NCBI GenBank assembly: GCA_963748015.1
Contig: CAVVHE010000005.1
Coordinates: forward strand, 448,001 to 512,000
Direction: 5' to 3'
Source of the DNA: Terriglobia bacterium
GTDB lineage: Bacteria; Acidobacteriota; Polarisedimenticolia; Polarisedimenticolales; JAIQFR01
Length of the DNA: 64,000 nt
Every line of letters starts with the position of its first letter. The first letter of the stretch is position 1. A program made the position numbers and the translations under genes. Of this stretch, positions 26,218 through 35,780 are shown piece after piece. A model generated the notes under the pieces. That model had not been told where the DNA came from. It did not search any database and saw only the letters and a program-made list of their open reading frames with translations.

Positions 26218-26340
26218 CTATTCTAGAGGTTGGGTCTGGCTTCGGGATGCTAGCGTGTTTACGTGTCCTGCGGCAGGATCTACTTCTTGGTCTCGTCCCT
26301 GCATGACGACCCCGGACAACGCGGGAGACGAGGAGGGTGG

Positions 26341-26625
26341 ATGAGCACTGAAAATGGCCTTCCCCAGGAAGTCCGTTCCGAGAACGATAGCGAACTGGAT
26401 CGCGTCGAATCGAGGCGCCGCCTTCTGAAAGCCGGCCTCGTGGCCGTGCCGTTCCTGGTGACCCTCCATGCCCTGCCGGCCCGCGCCGGTGGAGCTCGCG
26501 GACAGGGCTCGCTGGGTGTTTACGGATACGGTGACGACCGCGACAGGGGTGGCGGCCACGGCAAGGGCGGCGGCAAGGGCGGCGGCAGGGGCTCCAGCAA
26601 GACTTCGCAGGGAGACAACCGATAG
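26341..26625 (+). CDS. Small Tat-motif, Gly-rich peptide; candidate RiPP-like precursor (94 aa)
   Basis: GAGGAGG RBS; acidic N-terminus, SRRRLLKAGLVAVPFLVTLHALPARA leader, Gly/Ser/Lys-rich core. Confidence 0.7.
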   Translation: MSTENGLPQEVRSENDSELDRVESRRRLLKAGLVAVPFLVTLHALPARAGGARGQGSLGVYGYGDDRDRGGGHGKGGGKGGGRGSSKTSQGDNR

Positions 26626-26796
26626 GGCCGAGCTCCGGATCCTCGCCGTCGATCTTCCATCCCGAGGACGCAAGCACCTCCTCTCGAAATCCTCGACATC
26701 GCGCGAAGGCGTTGATCCGTCGTGCTCGCGTCGCCTTTCGCGGATGTGGATGAAAGCCGCTTGCCCCGCGACCTCCACAACGCATAACCTGACGAC

Positions 26797-27096
26797 GTGA
26801 TCCACGATCGTGTCGTTTGGCGCGTTGCGTCTCGCACGCCGCTGAGGTGGCGCGGTTGGGACGGCGAGTGGGTGGTGTATCACCCGGATTCCGGCGACAC
26901 GCACCTGCTCGACCCGCTGGCCGCGGAGGCCCTCCGGTCGCTCGAGGCCTCGCCGGCCGGTGCCGCCGCGCTCGTCGAGCGCCTTGCCGGCGGCACGGAC
27001 GCCACCGCCGCCGAGGAGCTTCCTGCGGCTGTCGAGCGTTTGTTGCGCGCCTTCGACGAGGTCGGTTTGATCGAGCCGGTCGATGATCCTGCGTGA
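26797..27096 (+). CDS. PqqD-family peptide chaperone (HPr-rel-A system, RiPP recognition element)
   Basis: WDGEWVVYHPDSGDTHLLDPLAAEAL...LLRAFDEVGLIE pattern. Confidence 0.85.
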   Translation: MIHDRVVWRVASRTPLRWRGWDGEWVVYHPDSGDTHLLDPLAAEALRSLEASPAGAAALVERLAGGTDATAAEELPAAVERLLRAFDEVGLIEPVDDPA

Positions 27097-27994
27097 GCTG
27101 AGCGAGTCCGCGCAGTTCGCTCGCCTGCGGGGCGCAGGGATCGTCCTGGACACCGGGCCGTTCTCCGTACGAATCCGCGGCTCGATTCCCGAGCTGGCGG
27201 GACCGATGCGTCTCCTCTACGGGAACCACACGATCGCGAGCGAGGGAGCGATCGTGGACGCGGACGTTCGCATCGAGCCACCCCCCTCCCTTCGCCGCTG
27301 GTTTGCGCGCCAGGTCGTCGCCTACATCGACGGCGAGCGCCCGTTCCATCCTTTCCCGCGACGACTCGCCTTTCCCATGCTGGAGTGGGTGCTGAACTGG
27401 TGCCTGTTCAACCGGCCGCACCAGTACCTCGTCCTTCACTCGGCCGCCGTGGAGCGCGGCGGGCGCGCCTTGCTCCTGCCGGGGGAGCCGGGGGCCGGCA
27501 AGAGCACGCTCTGCGCCGCACTGATCCTCCGCGGCTGGCGGCTGCTGTCGGACGAGGTCGCGATCGTCCGCCCCTCGACCGGCGAGATCCTCGCTGTTCC
27601 GAGGCCCGTGGCCCTCAAGGAGGAATCGCTCGACGTCATCCGCGCCTTCGAGCCGTCGGCGATGCTCGGCCCCTCGTTCCCCGAGACCCGCAAGGGCACC
27701 GTCACCCATCTCCAGCCACCGGCGGACAGCGTCGACCGATCGCGCGAAACCGCCGCCCCCCGGTGGATCGTCTTCCCGCGGCATGCCGCCGGAGCGCCCG
27801 CGAGCCTGCAGGCGGTCCGAAAGGCCGAGACGCTCCTGCGCGCGGGGAGGAACGGCTTCAACTACAGCTTGCTCGGAGCGGGTGGCTTCGAGAGCCTGGC
27901 CGACGTCGTGAGCGGCTGCGACGGGTACGATCTCGTTTACGGCGATCTCGGCGAGGCCGTGCGACGCCTCGCCGAGCTGGCGAAGGAAGCCTGA
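27083..27994 (+). CDS. HprK-related kinase A
   Basis: LEWVLNWC, LHSAAVE, PGAGKSTL Walker A, GWRLLSDE, PRPVALK, ETRKGTVTH. Confidence 0.85.
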   Translation: MILRELSESAQFARLRGAGIVLDTGPFSVRIRGSIPELAGPMRLLYGNHTIASEGAIVDADVRIEPPPSLRRWFARQVVAYIDGERPFHPFPRRLAFPMLEWVLNWCLFNRPHQYLVLHSAAVERGGRALLLPGEPGAGKSTLCAALILRGWRLLSDEVAIVRPSTGEILAVPRPVALKEESLDVIRAFEPSAMLGPSFPETRKGTVTHLQPPADSVDRSRETAAPRWIVFPRHAAGAPASLQAVRKAETLLRAGRNGFNYSLLGAGGFESLADVVSGCDGYDLVYGDLGEAVRRLAELAKEA

Positions 27995-27997
27995 GGG

Positions 27998-29132
27998 ATG
28001 CGGCCGGAAACCGGCGCGGGCGGCGATCGTTGGGCGGCGGGGCGCGAGATGCGCCTCGACGCCCTCCGCGACCCGCGCTCGCTCGCATCGCTCGGCGAGC
28101 CCGAGTGGGACCGGGTCCTGCGCGGCTACCGGAGAAAGGGGCTGCTCCCCGCGCTCGCGTTCGCCGTGGATTCCGCCGGGCTGTCGAGCGCCCTGCCGCG
28201 CAAGGTGCGGGAGCATCTGCTGGCGGCCCGGCTCGAGGGGGACGCCCACGCGCGGGTGATCCGCTGGGAGGCCAACCGGATCCGGCGCGCGCTTCGCGAC
28301 CTGCGGGTGGACGTCGTCGTCCTCAAGGGGGCCGCGTACGTCCTCGCCGGGCTCCCGCCGGGCCGAGGACGCCTGGTGCAGGACCTCGACGTGATGGTCC
28401 CGAAGGAGAAGCTGCCGGAAGTCGAGCGGGCTCTCCTGGAGGCGGGATGGGAGTGGGCGAACGAGGATCCGTACGACCAGCGCTACTACCGCGCCTGGAT
28501 GCACGAGCTGCCGCCGCTGCGCCACCGCACGCGGGACACCCTGCTCGACGTGCACCACACGATCCTCCCCGAGACGGGACGGTTGAGGCCGGATGCGCGC
28601 AAGCTGTTCGAGCAAGCGCGTCCGATCGGGGAGCCCGGGTTCCTGGTCCTCGCGCCCGTGGACATGGTCCTGCACGCGGCGGCCCACATGCTCTCGGACG
28701 AGACGCTCGGCGGTGCCGTGCGGGACCTCGTCGACCTCGACGCCTTGCTGAGGCACTTCGCGGCCGCGGAACCCGGCTTCTGGGACCGCCTCGTCCCGCG
28801 CGCACGCGAGCTCGATTTGTCGCGACCATTGTTCTACGCGCTGCGTTCCTGCGGCCGGATACTGGGCTCGCAGATTCCCGCCGCGGTGAACGCCGAACTC
28901 CGGCGGGCCGGGAAGCCGCCGTGGCCCGTCACCCGAATAATGGACGCTCTCCTCACGAGGTGCCTTCTGGGGAAAACGTGCGAGCGGGCGCGAGCGGGCA
29001 TCGCGGTCGCCGAGTGCTTCGTCTATATCCGGCGCTCACTGGCTGCGCATGCCGGCGTGGTTGCTGATCCCCCACCTCACCCGGAAGGCGGCGCGGCGCT
29101 ATCGTCGGGAGGACGATGACCCACCCCGGTAG
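27998..29132 (+). CDS. Nucleotidyltransferase-family protein (NTP_transf_5-like), with an apparent 1-nt frameshift near 29031
   Basis: VVLKGAAY..GRLVQDLDVMV, YYRAWMHELPP, DVHH; the conserved-looking tail HWLRMPAWLLIPHLTRKA continues in a shifted frame to TAG 29132. Confidence 0.8.
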
Positions 29133-29422
29133 CCGAAGGACGCATTGACGATCCCCGGATCCTGGGGTATAGACCTCACCAGGACGCTCGCGAGTTGCCG
29201 TGCGGCGCTCGAAGTGCGGGGGTTCTGGGCGGACTTAGGCGCATCGAGGAAGCCGTGGTTCGAATCGACCGAATGTCAGGGCGTGAACTCCCCGCGGGCC
29301 CACGTCGGGCCGCTTGTCGAGGCAGCGTGATGATCCCGGCGATCGGCCGGTGCGCCGCGCTTCGCGGCGACAGTTCCTCCGGTTCACGCGCCAGCAAGGC
29401 TGGGCGGATAAAGGAGCCATCC

Positions 29423-29723
29423 ATGCGAATGCAGGATCGTCTTGCTGCTCTCGACGCTTGCCCTGATCCTCGGGGCGACCTCCTGCCAGCAGCTTCCCGC
29501 ACCCCGCTCCACCGCGCCGGGAGCGCTCCAGACGGAGGACATCGCGTACGACGACGCGATCCCTCTGGACTACGGAACTCTCGTCGGCGTCACTTCTATT
29601 CCGGAAGGTCCGTACACCGCCGGGCTGTGGTTCGAGAAGGCGGACAAGACCATCGTTTTCGTCAAAGTCAACTTCTCTCTCGGAAAGGTCGACAATAGAG
29701 CACTGATCCTCCCGCGTCGATGA
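29423..29723 (+). CDS. Small lipoprotein, hypothetical (5' frameshift suspected)
   Basis: AAGGAG+ATG 29423 is one base out of frame with LLLSTLALILGATSC..AIPLDYGTLVGV..LWFEK. Confidence 0.55.
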
Positions 29724-29758
29724 CGTGGCCACCATGAAGCAGAACAAGGAGATTCCCA

Positions 29759-29986
29759 ATGACTCTCGATAAGCTGTACTCCTTAGTCTCTCGGGTCTTC
29801 TTCTTCGGGGCCTTTGTGCTGTTGTGCCTGATTGTCGTGGAGAAGATCGCCAACATCCGCGGATTCACGATTCTCCACGGCTACAGCGGCGAGCGCGTCC
29901 TCGAGCTTGCCGGAGTCCTCGTGATCTTCGTGATCGCCATCCTGCTGCGGGAGATCCGGGAAGTACTGCAGGCGAAGAAGGCCTAA
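29759..29986 (+). CDS. Small two-TM membrane protein, hypothetical
   Basis: AAGGAG RBS, two hydrophobic segments, C-terminal LLREIRE. Confidence 0.65.
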   Translation: MTLDKLYSLVSRVFFFGAFVLLCLIVVEKIANIRGFTILHGYSGERVLELAGVLVIFVIAILLREIREVLQAKKA

Positions 29987-30228
29987 GTCGGGCCGCTGCG
30001 CCGAGGGCGGGATGCGGCTCGGGGCGAAGCGGGAGTACGCTCCCGATGCGATGGATTTCCCGCTCGGGGGCTGCGTCGCGCGCCCGCGATGAGGCTCACC
30101 CGCAGGCTTCCGCGATGCGGTGGACGGAAGTACCCTCCTCCGCCGTCAGGTCATCGAGCAACATGCAAGAAAAGACGAGCGCTTTTTTCGCCTCCCTGGC
30201 GGAATGAGGGCTGGGAGACTCGACGAAC

Positions 30229-31743
30229 GTGACCGAGGAACGACCGCCCGAGCAACCGTCCAAATCGGCCCCAGGGTCTCCCTCGCTCCGACGGGAGATG
30301 ATCACGGGCTCCCTCTGGATGGTTGCGATGCGGTGGGGCATTCGCGGCATCGGCCTGGTCAGTACGATCGTGCTCGCGAGAGTGCTACTACCCCAAGATT
30401 TCGGTCTCGTCGCCATGGCGTCCATCATGGTGGGCCTGCTGGAGACGCTCTCCGCCTTTGGCGTGGATCTGGCGCTGATTCAGAACGCGCAGGCTGGTCG
30501 TCGTCATTTCGACACTGCCTGGACCATTCAGGTGATCCAGGGGGTCGGCATCGCCATCCTGCTCGCCGTGTCCGCGCCTCTGGCCAACGTCTATTTCCAC
30601 GAACCCAGAGTCGGAGCGCTGATTCGGTTCCTGGCCGTCGGCATGGCCATCGGCGGCTTCACCAATATCGGCGTCGTGGCCTTTCGAAAGGATCTGGATT
30701 TCAACCTGGAGTTCAAGTTCTCGATCTACAAGAAGCTCCTCTCGTTCGCGGTGACGGTCGGGCTTGCCCTGCTCTTGCGCAGTTACTGGGCGCTCGCCAC
30801 CGGAATGGTCGTGAGCCAGGCTCTCGGCGTCGTACTCAGCTATGCCATGCACCCCTACCGGCCCCGTCTCTCGCTGCAAGCCTTCCGCGAGATCTGGTCG
30901 TTCTCCCAGTGGGTCCTTGTCATCAACATCGGCAACTATTCGTACGAGAAGGGTGACGAGTTCGTCGTCGGGAGGCTGAGCGCGCCGCGGGAAATGGGCA
31001 TCTACACCGTGGCGTACGAAGTTTCGAACCTCCCGACAACGGAGCTCCTGTTTCCCATATCTCGCGCGCTGTATCCGGGTTTTGCAAAGTTGGCACCCGA
31101 GCCGGAGAGACTCTTCAAGGCTTATCTGAACGTTCTCGGCTTCATCGCGACGTTCTCTGTGGCAGCAGGCTTCGGCATCGCCGCCGTCGCCTCGGACTTG
31201 ACGAAGACGGTCCTCGGAGAGCGCTGGCTGGACGCCGTCCCCCTCATTCAATGGCTCGCCTTCTTCGGCGTGCTGCGCGCCATCTACGGGCAGGCCGGCT
31301 ACGTCCTGCTGGCATTGGGACACGTGAGAGCGCTGGCGTTGCTCACCTGGTTGCAGTTCGTCTTCCTGATTCCCGCGACAACGATTGCGGGGATGCGATT
31401 CGGCATTCTCGGTGTTGCCATCGCAAAGCTATGTACGGCCCTGGTGTTTGCCCTGCTGCTGTTCGGTGCGCTGACGCGAGTCACTTCGATACGGGTATCA
31501 CAACTCGCCCTGCAGATCTGGCGCCCTTGCGTATCGGGTGTCGCCATGTTGCTCGTTTTGCGCGCACTTCGACCGGCGTCCGTCGGGATCCCGCTGCTCA
31601 ACCTGATTCGGGACGCGGCCATCGGAGCGTCGGTCTACGCGATCGTGCTCTCCGCGCTGTGGCTTCTGACCGGACGCCCTGAAGGGACGGAGAAGCACGC
31701 CCTCGAACTGTTGAACCGGTGGCGCGACCGCCGCCGAGCATGA
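30229..31743 (+). CDS. wzx: Polysaccharide flippase (Wzx/WzxC, PST family)
   Basis: LARVLLPQDFGLVAMA, FGVDLALIQ, YWALA, about 12-14 hydrophobic segments. Confidence 0.9.
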   Translation: MTEERPPEQPSKSAPGSPSLRREMITGSLWMVAMRWGIRGIGLVSTIVLARVLLPQDFGLVAMASIMVGLLETLSAFGVDLALIQNAQAGRRHFDTAWTIQVIQGVGIAILLAVSAPLANVYFHEPRVGALIRFLAVGMAIGGFTNIGVVAFRKDLDFNLEFKFSIYKKLLSFAVTVGLALLLRSYWALATGMVVSQALGVVLSYAMHPYRPRLSLQAFREIWSFSQWVLVINIGNYSYEKGDEFVVGRLSAPREMGIYTVAYEVSNLPTTELLFPISRALYPGFAKLAPEPERLFKAYLNVLGFIATFSVAAGFGIAAVASDLTKTVLGERWLDAVPLIQWLAFFGVLRAIYGQAGYVLLALGHVRALALLTWLQFVFLIPATTIAGMRFGILGVAIAKLCTALVFALLLFGALTRVTSIRVSQLALQIWRPCVSGVAMLLVLRALRPASVGIPLLNLIRDAAIGASVYAIVLSALWLLTGRPEGTEKHALELLNRWRDRRRA

Positions 31744-31844
31744 CGAGGAAACCTGCGTTCCCTTGATCATCCCCACGGCACGCCGTCGGGCATATCCGCG
31801 TCGGGATTCCGTCGTGCGACGGCTCGCGGAGGGCCCCGCACCCC

Positions 31845-31882
31845 AAAAGAAAAGCGGCCCCCCGGAGAACCGGGGGACCGCC
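31845..31882 (-). terminator. Rho-independent terminator of the FN3 gene
   Basis: Minus strand GGCGGTCCCCCGG-ttct-CCGGGGGGCCGC followed by TTTTCTTTT. Confidence 0.75.
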
Positions 31883-31914
31883 TTGTCCGAGGGGTTCGGT
31901 CTCGGCCTGCGCCG

Positions 31915-33906
31915 CTACCGGACCCTGACGTTCAGTGGCGCCGTCGGCGGGAAGACGCCGACCGGCGTGGCCTGGGCGCGAGCCGAGGAGGAGGCGTTCC
32001 CCGACGCGTCCACGGCGAAGACGCTGTAGTAGTAGGTGGTCCCGTTCGCGAGCCCGGTGTGCAGGTAGCTGTCCGCGCTGCCGGGCGCGGCCGGCTTCTC
32101 GGTAACCGCGAAGCCGTCCGACGGGCTGACCGGGTACTTCCCGTCGGTCCGGTAACGGATGACGGCCTTCGCGAAGTCGGCGTCCGCCGGGTTGGTCCAG
32201 TTGAGCGTGCTCTGCGCGTTGCCGGCCGCCACCGCGAATCCGGTCGGCGCCGCCGGCGGCGTCTGGTCGTCCACCGGTTGCTCGGTCGGCACGAAGAGCG
32301 GATCGTTCGTGAGCAGGACGCGGTCGGCACGCGCCTGGGCCTCGTACCCACCCAGCTCGACGCTGTGCAGTCCTTGCGTCAGCGTGTAGGAGCGGCCGGC
32401 GACCCAGACCCACGCGCCGTTCGAGGAAGCGGTGATGGATGCGCGTGCGGCTCCGTCCACCGACTCGAACCAGGCGTTCGAGGACGCGTTCGCCCCGTAG
32501 AGGCGCACCCAGACGAACCAGGTGCCGGCGGTGGGCACGTTGACGCCGAACGTCGCGGTGCCGGACGGAGAGGCGGCGCTGCCGGTGGCCGTTCCGGACG
32601 GCGTGTCGATGTAGGCGCCGCCGAAGGTCCCGGCCCCGGCCGTCGCGCGGACCGGCGCCACGAGGGTGCCGGCCTCCGCCTCGAACCGCAGGTAACCGTA
32701 CGTGCCGGCGGAGGTGGAGAACGTCTGGTCGGGCGACGAGGTCGTGACGTTGCTCGCCGCGTCGGCGCTCCGCACGTGGTACTGGTAGGTCGTGGACGGC
32801 TCGAGACCCTGCAGGTTCACCGCGTGGCTGGTGACCAGGGCCGTGTCGATCGTCGTCTGCTGGTACCCCGTCTGGCCGGCCTTCCGGTAGAAGACCTGGC
32901 TGTCGGCGTTCTCGTCGGTGGTCCAGGTGATCGACGCGGTCGTCGAAGCAACGGAACCGGACAGCACCGCGGAGACGGCCGGCGCCGTCGTGTCGGGCAC
33001 CGTCGCGAACCCGGTGGCGTGTGTGAAGGTGGCGGCCATCGCGTGATTGGCCAGGTCCATCGCGCCGGAGGCGCCGCCGACGACCTGGATCTTGTAGGTC
33101 TTGCCGGCCGTCAGGCTGGAGGCCGGCGTGATCGTGGCCGTGCGGCCGTCGGCCGAGAGCGACGGCGAGCCGGCGGCCTGCGCCACCGCGTTGACCCCGT
33201 CCATCAGCTTGACGGTCCCCGAGGTGATCGACGTCGCGAGCATCGCCTCGCTGAACGTCACCGCGGGCCTCACCGACGTGGCGACGCCGGTGGCGCCGTC
33301 GGCCGGCGAGGTCGAAACGACCGTGGGAATCGTGGCCGCCTGCACCGTGAAGAGGCTTGCCCCGGTTCCTTTCACCGCGTTCGGATTCGTCACGTCGATG
33401 TTGGTGGAGCCGACGGTTGCGGACGCTCCCACGGTCACGTTGGCGACGAGCTGTGAGCAGGAGGTCACCGTGACCGAGTTCACCGTCACGCCCGTGTTGG
33501 CGAACTGGACCGTCGCGCCGTTCTGGAAGTTCGTTCCGGCGATCGTGAGGTCGAGACGCCGTCCCTGCTCCGCCGCGGAGGGCGCCGAGACCGTCACCAC
33601 CGGTCGCGGCCAGCTCGCCACCTCGGTCGCGTAACCGGAGTCGCCGGCGCTGTTGTAGGCCTTGACCGAGAAGTAGTAGGTGGTGCAGTCCGAGAGGGTG
33701 CTGATCGTCGTTTCGGTGACGTTCCCGACGTCGAGCGGGCTGGCCCCGTACACGCCGGGACTCGTTCCCCAGTACACGCGGTACCCCGTCGCGTTGGCGG
33801 AGGCATCCCAAGCGACGATGACACTCCCCGCCGACGCGGCCGAGACCGCGAGCCCCAGGGCAAAGAGCAGGACCAGGACGAGGCGGCACGGATTCGTGAA
33901 CGACAT
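31915..33906 (-). CDS. Large secreted multi-domain protein: FN3-IPT-Ig(Big_5-like)-FN3-CBM-like-FN3
   Basis: AAGGAGGAG RBS, signal peptide, GYRVYWG/TTYYFSVKAYN, TSPADGATGV..VTFSEAM, ITWTTDE..LEPSTTYQY, FEAEAG, LANGTTYYYSVFA. Confidence 0.8.
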   Translation of the reverse strand: MSFTNPCRLVLVLLFALGLAVSAASAGSVIVAWDASANATGYRVYWGTSPGVYGASPLDVGNVTETTISTLSDCTTYYFSVKAYNSAGDSGYATEVASWPRPVVTVSAPSAAEQGRRLDLTIAGTNFQNGATVQFANTGVTVNSVTVTSCSQLVANVTVGASATVGSTNIDVTNPNAVKGTGASLFTVQAATIPTVVSTSPADGATGVATSVRPAVTFSEAMLATSITSGTVKLMDGVNAVAQAAGSPSLSADGRTATITPASSLTAGKTYKIQVVGGASGAMDLANHAMAATFTHATGFATVPDTTAPAVSAVLSGSVASTTASITWTTDENADSQVFYRKAGQTGYQQTTIDTALVTSHAVNLQGLEPSTTYQYHVRSADAASNVTTSSPDQTFSTSAGTYGYLRFEAEAGTLVAPVRATAGAGTFGGAYIDTPSGTATGSAASPSGTATFGVNVPTAGTWFVWVRLYGANASSNAWFESVDGAARASITASSNGAWVWVAGRSYTLTQGLHSVELGGYEAQARADRVLLTNDPLFVPTEQPVDDQTPPAAPTGFAVAAGNAQSTLNWTNPADADFAKAVIRYRTDGKYPVSPSDGFAVTEKPAAPGSADSYLHTGLANGTTYYYSVFAVDASGNASSSARAQATPVGVFPPTAPLNVRVR

Positions 33907-33957
33907 CGCTCCTCCTTGGGATGTGTTGCTTCCCCAGAGCCTTGGAGCGTGATGAAT

Positions 33958-33973
33958 TGCCGGATTCGTGCCA
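33958..33973 (-). promoter_or_regulatory. Sigma54 promoter of the large FN3 gene
   Basis: Minus strand TGGCACG-AATC-CGGCA (GG-N10-GC) about 50 nt before the start. Confidence 0.6.
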
Positions 33974-34190
33974 CGATTCGCATAGGTGCGAGGGAGGTCG
34001 GTAAGAGGCTCGAGTTGCGCCACTTACCAAAGGGAGCATCGTCGACGGGCCCCCCGGTCGAGGCGCCGCAGCCTGCACCGATAGCGTATACGAGTTACAG
34101 CATTGGGAAGTCGGGGGGTCCTGCCCGGAATGGCCGGAATCGGGCGGAAACGCCGGCGGGAGGCGGATGCCGGCAAGACGGGGGCGGTGC

Positions 34191-35780
34191 TCAGGCTGTA
34201 GGGCGCTCGTCTCTCAGAGTCTGCGAGACTCGCTCGCGAAGGAGCTTGCCCGCCGCATTGCGCGGCAACTCGTCCACGAATCGGACGAATCGCGGCACCA
34301 TGTAAGATGGCAGGTGTAGGCTGCAGAAACGCCGGAGCTCTTCCTCCGCGACGCCTTGCCCGGATTCCGTGACCACGAGCGCGGCGGGCACCTCGCCCAT
34401 GAGCGAGTCGGGAATGCCCGCCACCGCCGCAGCGGCGACCTGCGGGTGCAGCACGAGCGCCGCCTCGACTTGTGCCGGGTTCACGCGGTGGCCACCGATC
34501 TTCAAGATGTCCTTGGCGCGGCCAACCAGATAGAAGAACCCATCCGGGTCACGATAGCCGAGGTCGCCGGTCCACAGCCAACCGTCTCGCAGGATCTTGG
34601 CGGTGTCTTCCTCCGACCGGTAGTAGCCCGGCGTGATGTTGGGCCCGCGCGCGACGATCTGACCGTGCGTGCCATCGGGGACGTCTGCGCCGTCGTCGTC
34701 CAGAACGCGCATCTCGACCCCAGGGATGGGAATCCCGATCGATCCGCGCTTCGCAACCGCGTGCTCGGGGGGCAGGTAGCTGAGGCGCGCGGTTGCCTCG
34801 GTCTGCCCGTACATGATGAACAGTTCCGCGGAGGAAAACGCTTGCCGAACCCAGTCCGCCGTCTCGACGCTCATGGCCCCGCCCGCCTGGGTCAGGTACC
34901 GGAGCGTGGGCATCCTCCCGGGATCGGGTTGGGTCATACGGCGAAGCAGCTCGAACGTGAGCGGCACGCCCGCGAATCCCGAGCATTCCTCGGTTCCAAT
35001 CGCCTCGAGCACGACATTCGGGTACATGAATCGCGAGTCGAGGAATACGGACCCGCCCACGAAGAGGTGGGTCTGCAGAACGCTCCTTCCGTAGCAGTAC
35101 GACAAGGGGAGGATCAGCATCGCGCGGTCGCGCGCGGACAGACCGAGGTAGCTGACGATCGAGCGGGTGTTGGCGGCGATGTTCTCCATGGTCTGCATCA
35201 CCGCGCGCGGGCGTCCAGTGCTCCCCGAGGTGTAAAGGAGCAGCGTGACACTCGAGGGCTCGCGCTCCGGCAGCACCTCCGGGATCTCCGCCGGGTGGTC
35301 GTCACCGGCGAGGCTCCCGTCGTCGGCCATCATCGTCGTCGCGATTCCTTCGAGACCGCCCCGCATCGACGGGGCCATCTCGCCACGGTGCACGACGAGC
35401 GCCGAGCCCGCGCCGGAGGACCGCACCAGCGGCCCGAACTTGCCCGCATCGCGGCCGGCGAATACGACGCAACGAGAGCGCGTATCCTCGAAGACCATGG
35501 AGAGCTCCGCGGAGCTCCACTCGCAGCTCACCTCGACGCTCACGGCGCCGAGGTGCTGCACCGCGAGACTTGCCACCACCGAAGCTGGAGAGTTCGGCAG
35601 CGCGACGAGAACCTGGTCCCCGGCCCCGACGCCGCGATTCCGAAGATGGCCTGCGACGGCTGCGATCCGGCTCGCCAACACGCCGTAGGACAACCGTACC
35701 CCCGGCGCGTCCACCGCCCTGGCCTCCGGCGTGATTCTCGCGTGCTCGAAGACCCAATCGCAAACCGCCGGGGATCTCAC
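34191..35780 (-). CDS. AMP-dependent acyl-CoA/ACP ligase (EPS-locus type)
   Basis: YTSGSTGRP, MYGQTEA, TGDLG, ELPRNAAGK adenylation motifs. Confidence 0.9.
   Translation of the reverse strand: MRSPAVCDWVFEHARITPEARAVDAPGVRLSYGVLASRIAAVAGHLRNRGVGAGDQVLVALPNSPASVVASLAVQHLGAVSVEVSCEWSSAELSMVFEDTRSRCVVFAGRDAGKFGPLVRSSGAGSALVVHRGEMAPSMRGGLEGIATTMMADDGSLAGDDHPAEIPEVLPEREPSSVTLLLYTSGSTGRPRAVMQTMENIAANTRSIVSYLGLSARDRAMLILPLSYCYGRSVLQTHLFVGGSVFLDSRFMYPNVVLEAIGTEECSGFAGVPLTFELLRRMTQPDPGRMPTLRYLTQAGGAMSVETADWVRQAFSSAELFIMYGQTEATARLSYLPPEHAVAKRGSIGIPIPGVEMRVLDDDGADVPDGTHGQIVARGPNITPGYYRSEEDTAKILRDGWLWTGDLGYRDPDGFFYLVGRAKDILKIGGHRVNPAQVEAALVLHPQVAAAAVAGIPDSLMGEVPAALVVTESGQGVAEEELRRFCSLHLPSYMVPRFVRFVDELPRNAAGKLLRERVSQTLRDERPTA

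Noticed and set aside
25343..28756. 1137-aa minus-strand ORF
   Set aside because: Antisense shadow of the plus-strand genes; Arg/Pro/Gly-rich with no motifs, typical of high-GC DNA
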